Shown piece by piece: positions 1-10,112 of a DNA stretch of 64,000 nucleotides (positions are counted from its first letter, which is position 1; every line of letters begins with the position of its first letter). The notes under the pieces were generated by a model. It saw only the letters and a list, made by a program, of their open reading frames with translations. It did no database searches and was not told where the DNA came from. The position numbers were made by a program, and so were the translations under genes. Source of the stretch: Candidatus Bathyarchaeota archaeon (GTDB taxonomy: Archaea; Thermoproteota; Bathyarchaeia; 40CM-2-53-6; RBG-13-38-9); NCBI GenBank assembly GCA_963807605.1, contig CAWECG010000003.1, positions 1,056,001 to 1,120,000 on the forward strand. The letters are read 5' to 3'.

Positions 1-995
1 GCCAAATGCCTTGTCGTGTAAGTTACGACGTGCATGAATGGACCAACGACCCCCCCGCTGTCCCCGCCTGGGGCCCGGTGAACCCACATAACTTGGACGA
101 ACAGTCCAGGATCTCCCAGCGGGGCGAAAAGTCCCCGTGGAATTTTACTGCAACTTGCTGCTGGGGTGTGACTGCGGGTACAGAGTGTAGGTGGGAGCCT
201 TCGAACCATCCTCTCCGGGGGGTGGGGAGGCGCCAATGTAACACCACCTATCTGTGGTTATATCTCTAACCGGAGACAACTCCGATACAACGGCAGGCAG
301 GCAGTTTGGCTGGGGCGGCACCCCCTTGAAAAGATATCAAGGGGGCCCTAAGCTCGACTCATCCGGGACAGAAATCCGGAGTAGAGGGCAAGACCAAAAG
401 TCGGGCTGACTGGATCCTCCACAGCAAGGGATCCAGAGGCGAAAGCCGGGTCTAGCGATCATTCATGCCCTTTTGTTGGGGGCTGGATGTGACAGAAAAA
501 CTACCCCGGGAGTAATTGGCTCGTCTCCTCCGAGAGTCCCTATCGACGAGGAGGATTGGTTCTCCGTCGTCGTCCCTTCCCATCCTGGGTCCGCAGCAGG
601 GCCCAAGGGCGCGGCTGTTCGCCGATCAAAGGGGAATGCGAGATGGGTTTAGACCGTCGCGAGACAGGTCGGATTCTACCTGCTGGGAGTGCTGGTCGCC
701 TGAGGGGAAGGCGCCCCTAGTACGAGAGGAACGGGGTATCGTAGCCTCTAGTTTACCGGTTGTCCGACAGAGCAGTGCCGGGCAGCCACGCTGTCGAGGA
801 TAAGGGCTGAAAGCATCTAAGCCCGAAACCTCTCCCGAAAATAGGCGGCCGATCCAAACCAACATGCATGCCTGGTAACAGGTATGACGGTTTGGACGAG
901 AGCTCTCAAAGAAGATGAGGTTGATGGAGCAGGGGTGTACGCGCCAAGGCTTCGGCCGAGGCGTTCAGCCCGCTGCCCCCAATCGCTCAAGGTGC
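1..995 (+). rRNA. rrl: 23S rRNA, 3' part (domains IV-VI), archaeal type; 5' end outside window
   Basis: Conserved LSU motifs: GGCTGGGGCGGCAC (P-loop region), peptidyl-transferase region, sarcin-ricin loop AGTACGAGAGGAAC (~719-732), GCTGAAAGCATCTAAG. 3' end approximate. No 5S gene downstream. Confidence 0.97.
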
Positions 996-1094
996 CAAGC
1001 CTCAAAAGGAATCACCATCGAAGCGAAATCGAAGGCCTATGCATGGTTAACTCGACCTGAAAGCTTATTCACACAACCACGCCAGATAGTGATC

Positions 1095-1388
1095 GGTTGG
1101 CGAGCCGGTGAGCAGCTTCCGAGCTTAGGCTTGAGGAAACTCCACCCACAATGCGGAAGCGTGGCACTTGAAGTGTCGGATGAGAATTCGGGCGCGGGCA
1201 CAGAAAGCAGACCTCACCAAGCCATAGACCATGATGCGGAGACGCTGAGCGGCTCGGTGAGGGTGAAATAGCCGGCCCACGCTGTGAAAGGAGTAATAGG
1301 CGTCAATGAGGACCGCATGAGACGCGGGTACTCCGATTAGATGAATGCTGCCTAAAACAGAAGGTGGGTTACGGCCGGCACGCCAACC
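1095..1388 (+). ncRNA. rnpB: RNase P RNA
   Basis: P4 halves GAGGAAACTCCACCC (1133-1147) and AACAGAAGGTGGGTTAC (1356-1372); internal CACAGAAA and GGGTGAAA motifs; terminal P1 pairing GGTTGGCG/CGCCAACC. Confidence 0.95.
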
Positions 1389-1617
1389 AAAGTCACACTT
1401 CAGTAAAGATACTATTGCAGTATTGCAGTTCTAACGCTTATAGTGTCCAATTTTCTGGAAACCATACCCCCCACACCACCGGTATATGTTTGCAGAGGCA
1501 GTAATGTTCATTGATGATGCGTTTTTTCAATCATTTATGGATTTATTTGCGTCTTTATGTTGTTTTTGTTTAGATTTATGCCAGTTTAATATCTGAATAG
1601 CTAGAGTGGACGCAGGC

Positions 1618-2354
1618 GACATCAGAACTTTTGAAAGAATAATAGCTCCAAGACACTGGCAGGCTGTTCAATCTATGATTCCTCGACATTTTATTTTCAA
1701 GGCAGAATCACCAAAAAGCACCAGTATAACGCCTCTGACCCTGTCAATCTTGTGTTGAACTATGCTTATGGAGTGCTTGAGGGCGAATGTCGCAGAGCAA
1801 TCAACATTGTAGGATTGGAGCCCTCTATCGGCTTTCTACACGACTTCGCTGATTACCAGACCAAGCAGTCATTAGTCTATGATTTACAGGAACCCTTCAG
1901 ATGGCTTGGCGATGTTATAACAATACAGGCTTTCGAGTCTGGTCTGTTAGACATAAGGGATTTCTATTTTATAGGCGACGACTACCGCTATCACTTTGAG
2001 GTAGAGGCAAAGAGAAGATTTCTTGAGTTTCTCAAAGGCAAGTTCAATTCCGGCGTTAACTACAAAAATAAGACCTGGAAGTGGGATACAATAATCCTCA
2101 ACAAGACCGAGGAACTGAGCCGTTTTCTATTAGGAAAATCTCAGTCTCTGAACTTTGCCGAGCCTGCTCCCAGTTTGATAAGAAGCGACAGTCTAGATCT
2201 CCGTAAGCGAATACTAGAGTTGACACAAAGAGAGGCTCAAGAGTCAAGCATAGGAAGAACCACGCTTCACTATTTGCGTAAAAGTGCAGAGGGTCAGAGA
2301 CCCTTCAAGGTCTACAGGCGGGTCCGTCATAAACTTGAATTGCCTACTCCATGA
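1618..2354 (+). pseudogene. cas1: Casposase-type (solo) Cas1 endonuclease, N-terminally truncated and frameshifted, with C-terminal HTH
   Basis: NASDPVNLVLNYAYGVLE, GLEPSIGFLH and SLVYDLQEPFR motifs. C-terminal SIGRTTLHYLRKSA..RPF tail resembles family-2 casposases. Upstream frame DIRTFE..HWQ..IP joins via a frameshift at ~1690. No CRISPR array or cas2. Confidence 0.85.
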
Positions 2355-2376
2355 TTGATGACTGGGAGGTCATCGA

Positions 2377-3081
2377 GTGCCCAAATCAGGACTGGAAAGT
2401 ATAGGTGAAGGCGAGTACGGCTGGGTTCTCTTAGAACGCTTAGAAGACGGGTTGATGGAATTCGCCGACGTGATTGAATTACGAGACAATCACTTAGGAG
2501 TTTTCTCCAGACGAATAGCTCTGAAGTTGTTTGAAGTAGGAACGATAGCTGAAGGTCTTTTCAAGAAAATAGTAGAAGACGCCCTGCTTGAACAATCTAA
2601 CGTGAACCCGAATGATTTGAAGGAAGCACGGCAGATGAGGAAGCCTTTTCCGGACATACGGAACTTCCAAAGAGTGCTGGAGCCTGTTTTCAAACTCAGC
2701 AAACGGTCTGTGACTTTTCGCTACATCAAGTTCGCTGAGAAGTTTAATCCGTTTTCAAGTTTTGCCAATGATGATGTAATTTCACCTCCTTGGTGGCTTA
2801 CCTACACTGAAGTGAAGCATGATTTCTTCAAAAACAGTGAGAAGGCTACGCTTGGAATGCTTATGGAAGGTGTATCAGCGGTTTTTCTTCTTACTGTTTC
2901 CTGTCCAGCATACTGGCCTGTGTTAGCTCTTAACAATAGGTTTGTTTGGAGACAGCCAGGTGAGATAACAACAGCCGCAATCATGGCAGGGCAATTGTAT
3001 AAAACGGTTGTCTTAGCTCACTTCGGTGAGAAAGCAGTGGAATCACCGCCGGCACCTTACGAGGTAGGCCCCTCCCTTTAA
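2377..3081 (+). CDS. Hypothetical protein with PWWxxYxxVKH motif (possible HEPN-like/defence-island family)
   Basis: 234-aa ORF directly downstream of cas1; motif PPWWLTYTEVKHDF..ATL. Confidence 0.55.
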   Translation: MPKSGLESIGEGEYGWVLLERLEDGLMEFADVIELRDNHLGVFSRRIALKLFEVGTIAEGLFKKIVEDALLEQSNVNPNDLKEARQMRKPFPDIRNFQRVLEPVFKLSKRSVTFRYIKFAEKFNPFSSFANDDVISPPWWLTYTEVKHDFFKNSEKATLGMLMEGVSAVFLLTVSCPAYWPVLALNNRFVWRQPGEITTAAIMAGQLYKTVVLAHFGEKAVESPPAPYEVGPSL

Positions 3082-3345
3082 TCAAATAGTCGCCAACAGT
3101 CGACTTTTTTCAGCATCGTTAGCTGTATTTTATCCTGACACGAAAAGATGGGAGATTCCACGATGACTAATGAAAGAGAGCTCCTTTTTAGTGTGCTCAC
3201 CAGCTATGGCACACAAATATAGTATGTCTTGCCTCACAAGTTCCTCAACAGCTGTCGTTATCCTCATTACTTGGTGCCTTAGAAAGCCAGATAAGGTCTC
3301 GGTAAATCTCAACAAGGACCGAGCGAGGGAAAAGCTGAGAATCAA

Positions 3346-5193
3346 ATGACCGACAATTCTACTGAACTTGAAAGCAGACCCCAGGAACTTCTCCGACTTG
3401 CACTGATGGCATTTGCGGCTCTTTTCAGCTGGCTCGGATGGTGGAGGTTCTTCCTGCCAATAGATCTAGTAGCTTTAGCGTCTACGCTGATTGGGGGATA
3501 TCCAATCTACAGGGAAACACTGCAATCTCTCAAACATAAGAAAATCAACATGGAAGTCTCGATGACCATAGCCATATTTACGTCTCTGTTGATTGATCAG
3601 TTCACTGCGGCTGCGGTTATCGCATTATTCGTGATTTTGGCAGAACTTCTTGAAGAGATGGCTGTTGACAAGGGTAGGGCGACTATAGTCAAACTAGAGG
3701 AAAGCATACCGAAGAAAGCCTTGGTGAAGAGAAACGGAGCGGAATTAGTCGTTGATCTTGCAACTCTATCCTTAGGCGAAGTTGTAGTTGTGAGGGATGG
3801 TGAGCGGATCCCAGTAGACGGTAGCATCGTTAGAGGTTCCGCGTTAGTAAACCAAGGGAACATTACAGGGGAGACGGTATCAGTAGAGAAGAGTGTCGGG
3901 AACAGAGTCTTCGCTGGGAGTGTAGACGAGTCTGGTCTCTTAGAGGTTAGCGTTGAAAGAATCGGCAAAGAGACTATTTTTAGCAAAATAATTGAATTAG
4001 TCCAAGAAGCTGAAAGCCAGAAGGCTCCCATTCAGAAGATTTCCGATAAGCTTGCAACTTGGCTAGTTGAATTCGCCATCCTCTTCTCAATAGTAACATT
4101 CGCCGTGACGAGGAACCTCATCTCCACAATCTCAGTTATCGTTGTTGCAGGCGCCTGCGGCGTTGCGGCAGGTACACCCCTAGCGATGGTAGCTACGATG
4201 GGAAATGCTGCTAAGCGAGGAGTCATCGTTAAGGGAGGCACCTACATTGAGGAAATGAACCACATCGATACAGTTGTAATAGACAAAACCGGAACATTGA
4301 CTTTCGGCGTGCCCGAAGTTACCGACGTAACAAGTGTGGACAGGTGTGATCAACGACAACTTCTTCAATTTGCAGCCACAGCCGAGAGACATTCGAATCA
4401 TCCGATCGCTAATGCAATCGTCGAAAAGGCAACCGAACTCGGCATAATGCCGAATGAGCATTCCACGTTCAGCTACACGCTAGGCAAAGGAGTTGAGGTT
4501 GAAAGCAACGGACACAATATCTTGGTAGGAAACAGAACCTTACTTGCAGACAAAGGCATCACAGTCTCCACTCAAGCTTCAGTCGTAGCCTCCCAGAGGG
4601 CATCTGAAGGTAAAACAGTCGTCTACGTGGCTCATAGTGACAAGATCTGTGGGCTCATCGCAATCGCCGATAGAATAAGGGACGAGAGCTTAACGGCGAT
4701 AGCGGACCTGAAGCGAATAGGAATCCGAACCATCATGCTGACTGGCGATAATAAGGTCGCGGCTCAGATCGTGGCAAATGAAGTAGGGATAGATGAAGTG
4801 TACGCTGAATTGCTCCCTCAGGATAAGGTTGCCATCATAAAACGGTTGGTAGCTGAAGGGCATAAAGTGGCCATGGTTGGAGATGGAATCAATGATGCTC
4901 CCGCACTCGCACACGCGAACGTTGGAATCGGGATGGGTGCAGGAACAGACGTTACCATTGAAGAAGCAGACATCGTACTGTTGACCAATGATCTTCAGAA
5001 GATTTCATACATCGTCAAGGCAAGCAAACGTGCTTATGGAACTGTAATGCAAAACTTCTACGGAACAATTACCATTGATGGAATAGGCGTAGCCCTGGCA
5101 TTCCTAGGATTCCTCAACCCACTCTCAGCTGCTGGAATTCATGTTCTTTCAGAGTTCATTTTCATTTTAAACTCTGCAAAACTCATCAGGTGA
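3346..5193 (+). CDS. Heavy-metal translocating P1B-type ATPase
   Basis: TGE, DKTGTLT, SNHP, MLTGD and GDGINDAP motifs; intramembrane motif GACG..GTP instead of CPC. Confidence 0.93.
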   Translation: MTDNSTELESRPQELLRLALMAFAALFSWLGWWRFFLPIDLVALASTLIGGYPIYRETLQSLKHKKINMEVSMTIAIFTSLLIDQFTAAAVIALFVILAELLEEMAVDKGRATIVKLEESIPKKALVKRNGAELVVDLATLSLGEVVVVRDGERIPVDGSIVRGSALVNQGNITGETVSVEKSVGNRVFAGSVDESGLLEVSVERIGKETIFSKIIELVQEAESQKAPIQKISDKLATWLVEFAILFSIVTFAVTRNLISTISVIVVAGACGVAAGTPLAMVATMGNAAKRGVIVKGGTYIEEMNHIDTVVIDKTGTLTFGVPEVTDVTSVDRCDQRQLLQFAATAERHSNHPIANAIVEKATELGIMPNEHSTFSYTLGKGVEVESNGHNILVGNRTLLADKGITVSTQASVVASQRASEGKTVVYVAHSDKICGLIAIADRIRDESLTAIADLKRIGIRTIMLTGDNKVAAQIVANEVGIDEVYAELLPQDKVAIIKRLVAEGHKVAMVGDGINDAPALAHANVGIGMGAGTDVTIEEADIVLLTNDLQKISYIVKASKRAYGTVMQNFYGTITIDGIGVALAFLGFLNPLSAAGIHVLSEFIFILNSAKLIR

Positions 5194-5269
5194 CAGTGGT
5201 TTTCAGGATGCTTGCAAGTGTGTGTATCCGTCGGTGAGTGTGTCGTAGTTTGAATCGTCGTTCGTCGCC

Positions 5270-5296
5270 AAAAAAAAAATAAAGTGTGTGTGTGTG
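5270..5296. repeat. A10 run followed by (GT)6G microsatellite
   Basis: Seen directly: A10 at 5270-5279, GT tract at 5284-5296. Confidence 0.8.
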
Positions 5297-5513
5297 CCAT
5301 AGCTGGTGAGAGCACCCAGAATTGAACCAGCGTTTTCGATTTTTGGTAGCACGCGACTACATGAAGGTAGATACACAGTGCTGATTCTTCATGTATTTTT
5401 GAACTTGGATAATGCTGCAATGTGCGAGAACAGATAGAGTATTAGTCGAGAAGCGTGGAAGAGGCCATCATGATTGATTAGTCCCTTCGACTAAATATCA
5501 TAATGACTGTCTC

Positions 5514-6745
5514 TTGCCAGAGGAAACAAATCTTCCGTCCGTATCTCCTGAAATGATCCTTTCATGGACGAGCCAGCTAGCTTCCGAGAGCCGTGATTGG
5601 GGGTGGATCGATGAGTTCTATGTCGAACCGTCTTCCGTAAGACGAGTCCTGCGCCAACTTGACATGATGAAGGGCGGAGTTATCGGCTTGGTTGGTTTAC
5701 AGGGTGTTGGAAAAACCAGCGCCTTGAGGGCGATCTACAGAGCAACAAACTCTATACGAGGTGGCGGCCTTGGTGCTTTTCCACGTAGTGCCATCTTATT
5801 CAAGTGGCGTCGGAAGGACAGCTGTTTCCACGTCTTTTGACTACCTCCTTGCGTATCTTTGAAGAATATGACGACCCTTTTTTATCGGAGTACAGAGAAC
5901 TCCTTCTGCAGCATCTAAACCGTGAAACTATAAGGCGGCCCCAAATTACCCCACAGGATCTAACTCAAATCTCACACGTTCCACCTGTATCTTTTCCGTT
6001 CAAATTAGTTGAGCAGATGGTCGGTAGTGCTGCCCAATCATTACGGGAACTAGCTTGGCAGAATGCCCTTAGCAGAAAGAAGGTAATCCTGATCGATACT
6101 CCGGACTACTCAAAAACGGATAAGCGATTGATGGCCAAGGATCTTGAAGAAATCTATTGGTTGTGGAGCTCCCTTACCGGCCGAGCATCAAAGCCAAATC
6201 TTGTGGTGGCGATTCAGAAGGAGATGTTCGGCGGCCACTTCTTTCTTGATAAGATGGAGAAGATAGAGCTTGAGCCTTTGAAACCCGAACAGATGCTTGA
6301 AGCATATGTGAAACGTTTCAAGACAACTGAACCGTTTACCGAAGAGGCACTGCTTACTCTGGCTCGAATGAGCCGAGGAATCTTCAGACGCTTTTTGAGA
6401 TACATCACACTAACAATAGAGCGTTGGCAGGCTCTGAGACAACCACGTAAACCAATAACTCCGGAGCTCGTCAAGAACACAGTGACTACAGAGAGACTGG
6501 CTGAGGACATTGAGTTTGAGCTGTCAGAGATCTTCCCAAAGCAGAGCGACCTCAGAATGCAAACTGTCCGAATACTTCTTCACCTTTCAGAGATGGGCCC
6601 TAAAAGACAGAGCGAACTAGCAGAAGAGCTGAATTTGGAATCATACGCCGTAAGCAGACTGCTCTCAAAACTGGAACTCCACGACTACGTGACCCGAAGT
6701 CGAACTGGAACAGACAAAATAGTGAGCCTGAAAGAGATCAAATGA
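5514..6745 (+). CDS. P-loop ATPase with C-terminal winged-helix (MarR-like) domain; split by a -1 frameshift at ~5812
   Basis: Walker A GLQGVGKT in ORF 5514-5840. Walker B-like VILID and C-terminal QSELAEEL..VSRLLSKLE wHTH in ORF 5804-6745. Confidence 0.7.
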
Positions 6746-7003
6746 CGTCTTGGCTTGTCCACGCCCAATTCTGTAGCTTTGTTCCATAAACACATTTTGT
6801 AGCTCTCACAAATAGTACTGCAATATTGCAATAATTGAAACTTAGACAGGGGCTGTGCCGACTATCCCTAGCGAGCACTCCAACGCGCTCACCGAGATGA
6901 GTACGTCTCTATTTCAGCCTCTAGGCTACAAGGTGTGTATGTAAATAGGGTACGGGGGGTTGAGTGAATAACCACAAGGGGTTACAGTGGTTCCAGTGAC
7001 CCG

Positions 7004-8074
7004 TCAGGTAGGCAGTTTCGTTTGTCTTGCAGTCCTGTACATCTCTAGAATATTGTCAATCGGCACGTGTTTGTCAACGGTATGTGTTGGAGCGATGATC
7101 AGTCCTCCATTTCTGCCAGCAGTCATAATCCGTGTCTCAACTTCCTTCTTGACTTCGTCTATCGTTCCAAATGGAAGTGTCTTCTGTACAGAGATCGTCC
7201 CATGTATCGTTATCTTGTCGCCATACTTCTCCATTATAGCGGCGGGGTCCATACATTCTGGCTGGACAGGATTCAGAATATCGATCCCTGCATCAATCAG
7301 ATCTGGAATTATCGGTTCAACCTTTCCATCCGTGTGGAAAACGACGTAGGATCCGATCTTCTTCAATTCGGAGAACCATATGCGGTAACGTGGGATGAAG
7401 TACTTTCTAATGAGGTCTGGAGACAGCATCAGACCTGTCTGGATACCGAGGTCATCCGATGCGAAGACCGCATCCGCACCACATTCAATCAACCTTTTGC
7501 ATTGTTCAATCTTCCATTTCAGCAGTCTGTCGAGAAGCTTCGTAACAAACTGCTCGTTAGTGTAGAGGTCACGTATGAAGGTTCTATAGCCTCTGAGCGC
7601 CCAAGCCTCCTCAAAAAGACCGAGCGTAGCATTGCCTACCACGAAATACTCGCTGGAGTATTGCTTAGCTAGTTTCTCCGCCCTGTCAAATCTTCTTGGT
7701 GCTTCCAAGTTCGGGAAGACGTAGTCGTCAATCTCCAGATGCTCAAGAGGATGATAAGTGAAATGCCAGTATTCGCTTGTAGAACCTGCCTCCCTCTTAA
7801 TTCCCCACTCATCAAACATCGTGGCGTAGAAGCTCTCAAAGTCTTTCGAGAGCTTCTGAGCTGGTAGCACATTCAGCGGTTCAAAGCCCTCGGGTGGATC
7901 CATCCTGATCTCTCGGAAATCTATCCCCAAGGCTTTGAGTACGTCCTCATTCTGATCTGTCTTGAAGTATTGCCGAAGATTGGCCATCGTCTCGGGTCTA
8001 AACCAGCCGTCGAGTGGGGTTCGATCTATTTTGGAGCGTTCTATTGTGTTGATTACTCTATCTCTAGATTTCAT
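7004..8074 (-). CDS. Uroporphyrinogen decarboxylase/MtaA-like (MT2) family methyltransferase
   Basis: DDLGIQTGLMLSP, FHTDG, LNPVQPEC and GLIIAPTH motifs. ATG overlaps the stop of the corrinoid gene. Confidence 0.85.
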   Translation of the reverse strand: MKSRDRVINTIERSKIDRTPLDGWFRPETMANLRQYFKTDQNEDVLKALGIDFREIRMDPPEGFEPLNVLPAQKLSKDFESFYATMFDEWGIKREAGSTSEYWHFTYHPLEHLEIDDYVFPNLEAPRRFDRAEKLAKQYSSEYFVVGNATLGLFEEAWALRGYRTFIRDLYTNEQFVTKLLDRLLKWKIEQCKRLIECGADAVFASDDLGIQTGLMLSPDLIRKYFIPRYRIWFSELKKIGSYVVFHTDGKVEPIIPDLIDAGIDILNPVQPECMDPAAIMEKYGDKITIHGTISVQKTLPFGTIDEVKKEVETRIMTAGRNGGLIIAPTHTVDKHVPIDNILEMYRTARQTKLPT

Positions 8075-8697
8075 GGAGATCCCACCCATCCTTTGATTAT
8101 CTCTACTCCTTGAATAGCATCGTTGACCGCAGCATCGATCCCTAGCTGCACAGCATATTCAGGTCTCATGGCCGCTCCCCCAGCAATGATCTTGACTTTG
8201 TCTCTCAAGTCATTATCCTTTAAAATCTGCACCACCTTGGATACTGTGGGCACAGTCACAGAGAGCAGAGCCGAGATACCTACAATATTCGCCCCAGTCT
8301 CTCTGACTCTCGCAACGAATTTTTCAGGTGACACATCGATACCTAAATCGTGAACCTCAAAGCCTGCAGAAAACAGAAGTGTTGAAACGATGTCTTTCCC
8401 TATGTCATGAAGATCTCCCTGAATAGTCCCTATGACAACCGTGCCCGTGGCTTTGGGCTTGTTCAACTCCAGAAGTGGCTTGAGAACCTTCAGAGCTTCC
8501 TTCATAGTCTCTCCGGCCATAATCAACTCTGAAAAAAAGTACTCACAGCGTTGAAATTTTAACCCGACTTCTTGCATCCCGGCCTCAAGATCCTTCAGTA
8601 CCTCTGTGGGCGATGCACCGGAATCTAGAGCTGCTCTAACACAATCTTGCATCTTGTCTATAGAGAGATTTACGAGCGTATCTCGGCAAGTGGACAA
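8071..8697 (-). CDS. Corrinoid (B12-binding) methyltransferase protein, MtbC/MttC-like
   Basis: GDLHDIGK (DxHxxG), SALL and GGA motifs with an N-terminal cap domain. Confidence 0.92.
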   Translation of the reverse strand: MSTCRDTLVNLSIDKMQDCVRAALDSGASPTEVLKDLEAGMQEVGLKFQRCEYFFSELIMAGETMKEALKVLKPLLELNKPKATGTVVIGTIQGDLHDIGKDIVSTLLFSAGFEVHDLGIDVSPEKFVARVRETGANIVGISALLSVTVPTVSKVVQILKDNDLRDKVKIIAGGAAMRPEYAVQLGIDAAVNDAIQGVEIIKGWVGSP

Positions 8698-8881
8698 GTT
8701 TGACCTCTCCCGATTATCAACTATCCGGCTCCCCTTTTCAAATATTTGGTGAGCGGATACGCGCCAATCGACTACAACGTCACACGTAGCGAAATTCTTC
8801 CACGAGAATCCTGCAAAAAGGCTAAAACTCGGTACAATGAAGTTTGAAAGTGATTTTCAAGAGCTAGGTAAGGCCTTCGTG

Positions 8882-9338
8882 ATGTCTCAAGATGAGTTAG
8901 ATCGAGAGATCAAAAGTATACTCTCAAAGTACAGGACTGTGGCCGTAGTAGGCCTTTCAAAGGATTCAAACAGAGACAGCCATGCTGTTGCTGGCTACTT
9001 GAAATCTGAGGGATACCAGATAGTCCCTGTTAATCCATTCTGCGACGAAGTGCTAGGAAAGAAATGTTACAAGAACTTGTTGGAAATCCCGGAAGAGATC
9101 ATCAAATCAATAGACATAGTAGATATATTCAGGCGCTCATCAGATGTGCCCCCGATAGTTGAACAGGCAACCCAACTCAGAAAGAAGTATGGGAAACCTG
9201 CAGTGGTCTGGATGCAGGCTGGGGATTATGAACGAAGAAGCCGCCAAGACCGCCAGAGATGCCGGAATGATCGTTATAATGGATCGTTGCATGAAGATCG
9301 AGCATACTAGGATAAAGAGTAGAGCGGCAACTCTGTAG
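8882..9338 (+). CDS. CoA-binding protein (YccU-like); +1 frameshift at ~9217
   Basis: VAVVGLS, PVNP, DIVDIFR, VWMQ. Shifted frame continues LGIMNEEAA..DRCMKIEH to TAG at 9338. Confidence 0.85.
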
Positions 9339-9595
9339 TCGAATTGCACTTTCGCAATTACAACGTGCTAAAGAAAAGGCGAGCGGACACATTCAACATT
9401 CTCTTATATCTTCTACTTGAAAGTCGGAGTTGTGGAGGAAACCGACTTGTTGAAGGGTGCCTCGCAGAACAGGCTAATATAGTCCGCTTAAACTGGTCAA
9501 CCCTTTATCGAGTAACGGTGTTGCCGACAAAGATCAGTCCTAAATATTGCGGACGGAGAGTAAGTTGATATAAATGGCTCTTTGGAGGTGACTGT

Positions 9596-10012
9596 ATGAG
9601 TAAGGAAGCCTTGCTTGATATATTGAACCAGTCGATTGCACGTGAGCTCGCTGTAGCGATCCAGTACATGTGGCACCACGTCATGGCCAAGGGTTTGGAG
9701 AGCGCAGAGGTTGAAGAGATCTTCCAGGAAATAGCTGTAGAAGAGATGAAGCATGCTGAGAAGTTCGCTGACCGGCTCGACTATCTAGGTGGAGTTCCAA
9801 CCACTAAGCCTTCGCCGATAATCACGGGAGGAAGCGTCGAGAAGATGCTGGCTGACGATGTGAAGGCTGAAGAGGAAGCCATCGCCTTGTACAAGAAAGC
9901 GATCCAGATAAGCATTGACAACAATGATCCTGTTTCGAGACTCCTCTACGAGGAGACCTTGTCAGCTGAGGAGGATCATCACAATAAGTTCAGCACGCTC
10001 TTGGGCAAGTAA
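9596..10012 (+). CDS. Ferritin-like/bacterioferritin protein
   Basis: E..A..QY, EEMKHAE, E and EEDH diiron ligands. Confidence 0.9.
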   Translation: MSKEALLDILNQSIARELAVAIQYMWHHVMAKGLESAEVEEIFQEIAVEEMKHAEKFADRLDYLGGVPTTKPSPIITGGSVEKMLADDVKAEEEAIALYKKAIQISIDNNDPVSRLLYEETLSAEEDHHNKFSTLLGK

Positions 10013-10112
10013 GACCACAAGACGAATCATTTGACTCCCGTTTTGGCAAACTTCCCTTTCTTATCCAAAATCTTTTCTTCGAAATAGATGTTATCTGGTA
10101 GAGGTTTTACCT

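Larger units (their letters stand above)
1413..6833. mobile_element. Putative decayed casposon-derived island bounded by an imperfect 21-bp inverted repeat
   Basis: TATTGCAGTATTGCAGTTCTA (1413-1433) matches the reverse complement of 6813-6833 at 19/21. Contains a casposase-like cas1 remnant. No PolB and no clear TSD. Confidence 0.45.

Noticed and set aside
6-1271. ORFs overlapping the first 1.3 kb
   Set aside because: They are shadow ORFs within the 23S rRNA and RNase P RNA genes.
1464-6962. C6 tract at ~1467 and G6 tract at ~6954 as alternative terminal repeats; TSD around the island
   Set aside because: Similarity is limited to the homopolymer, its order conflicts with the 21-bp repeat, and no duplicated flank was found.
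1400-7000. CRISPR array or CRISPR-Cas system near cas1
   Set aside because: No repeat-spacer array and no cas2 or effector genes; the Cas1 looks casposase-like.
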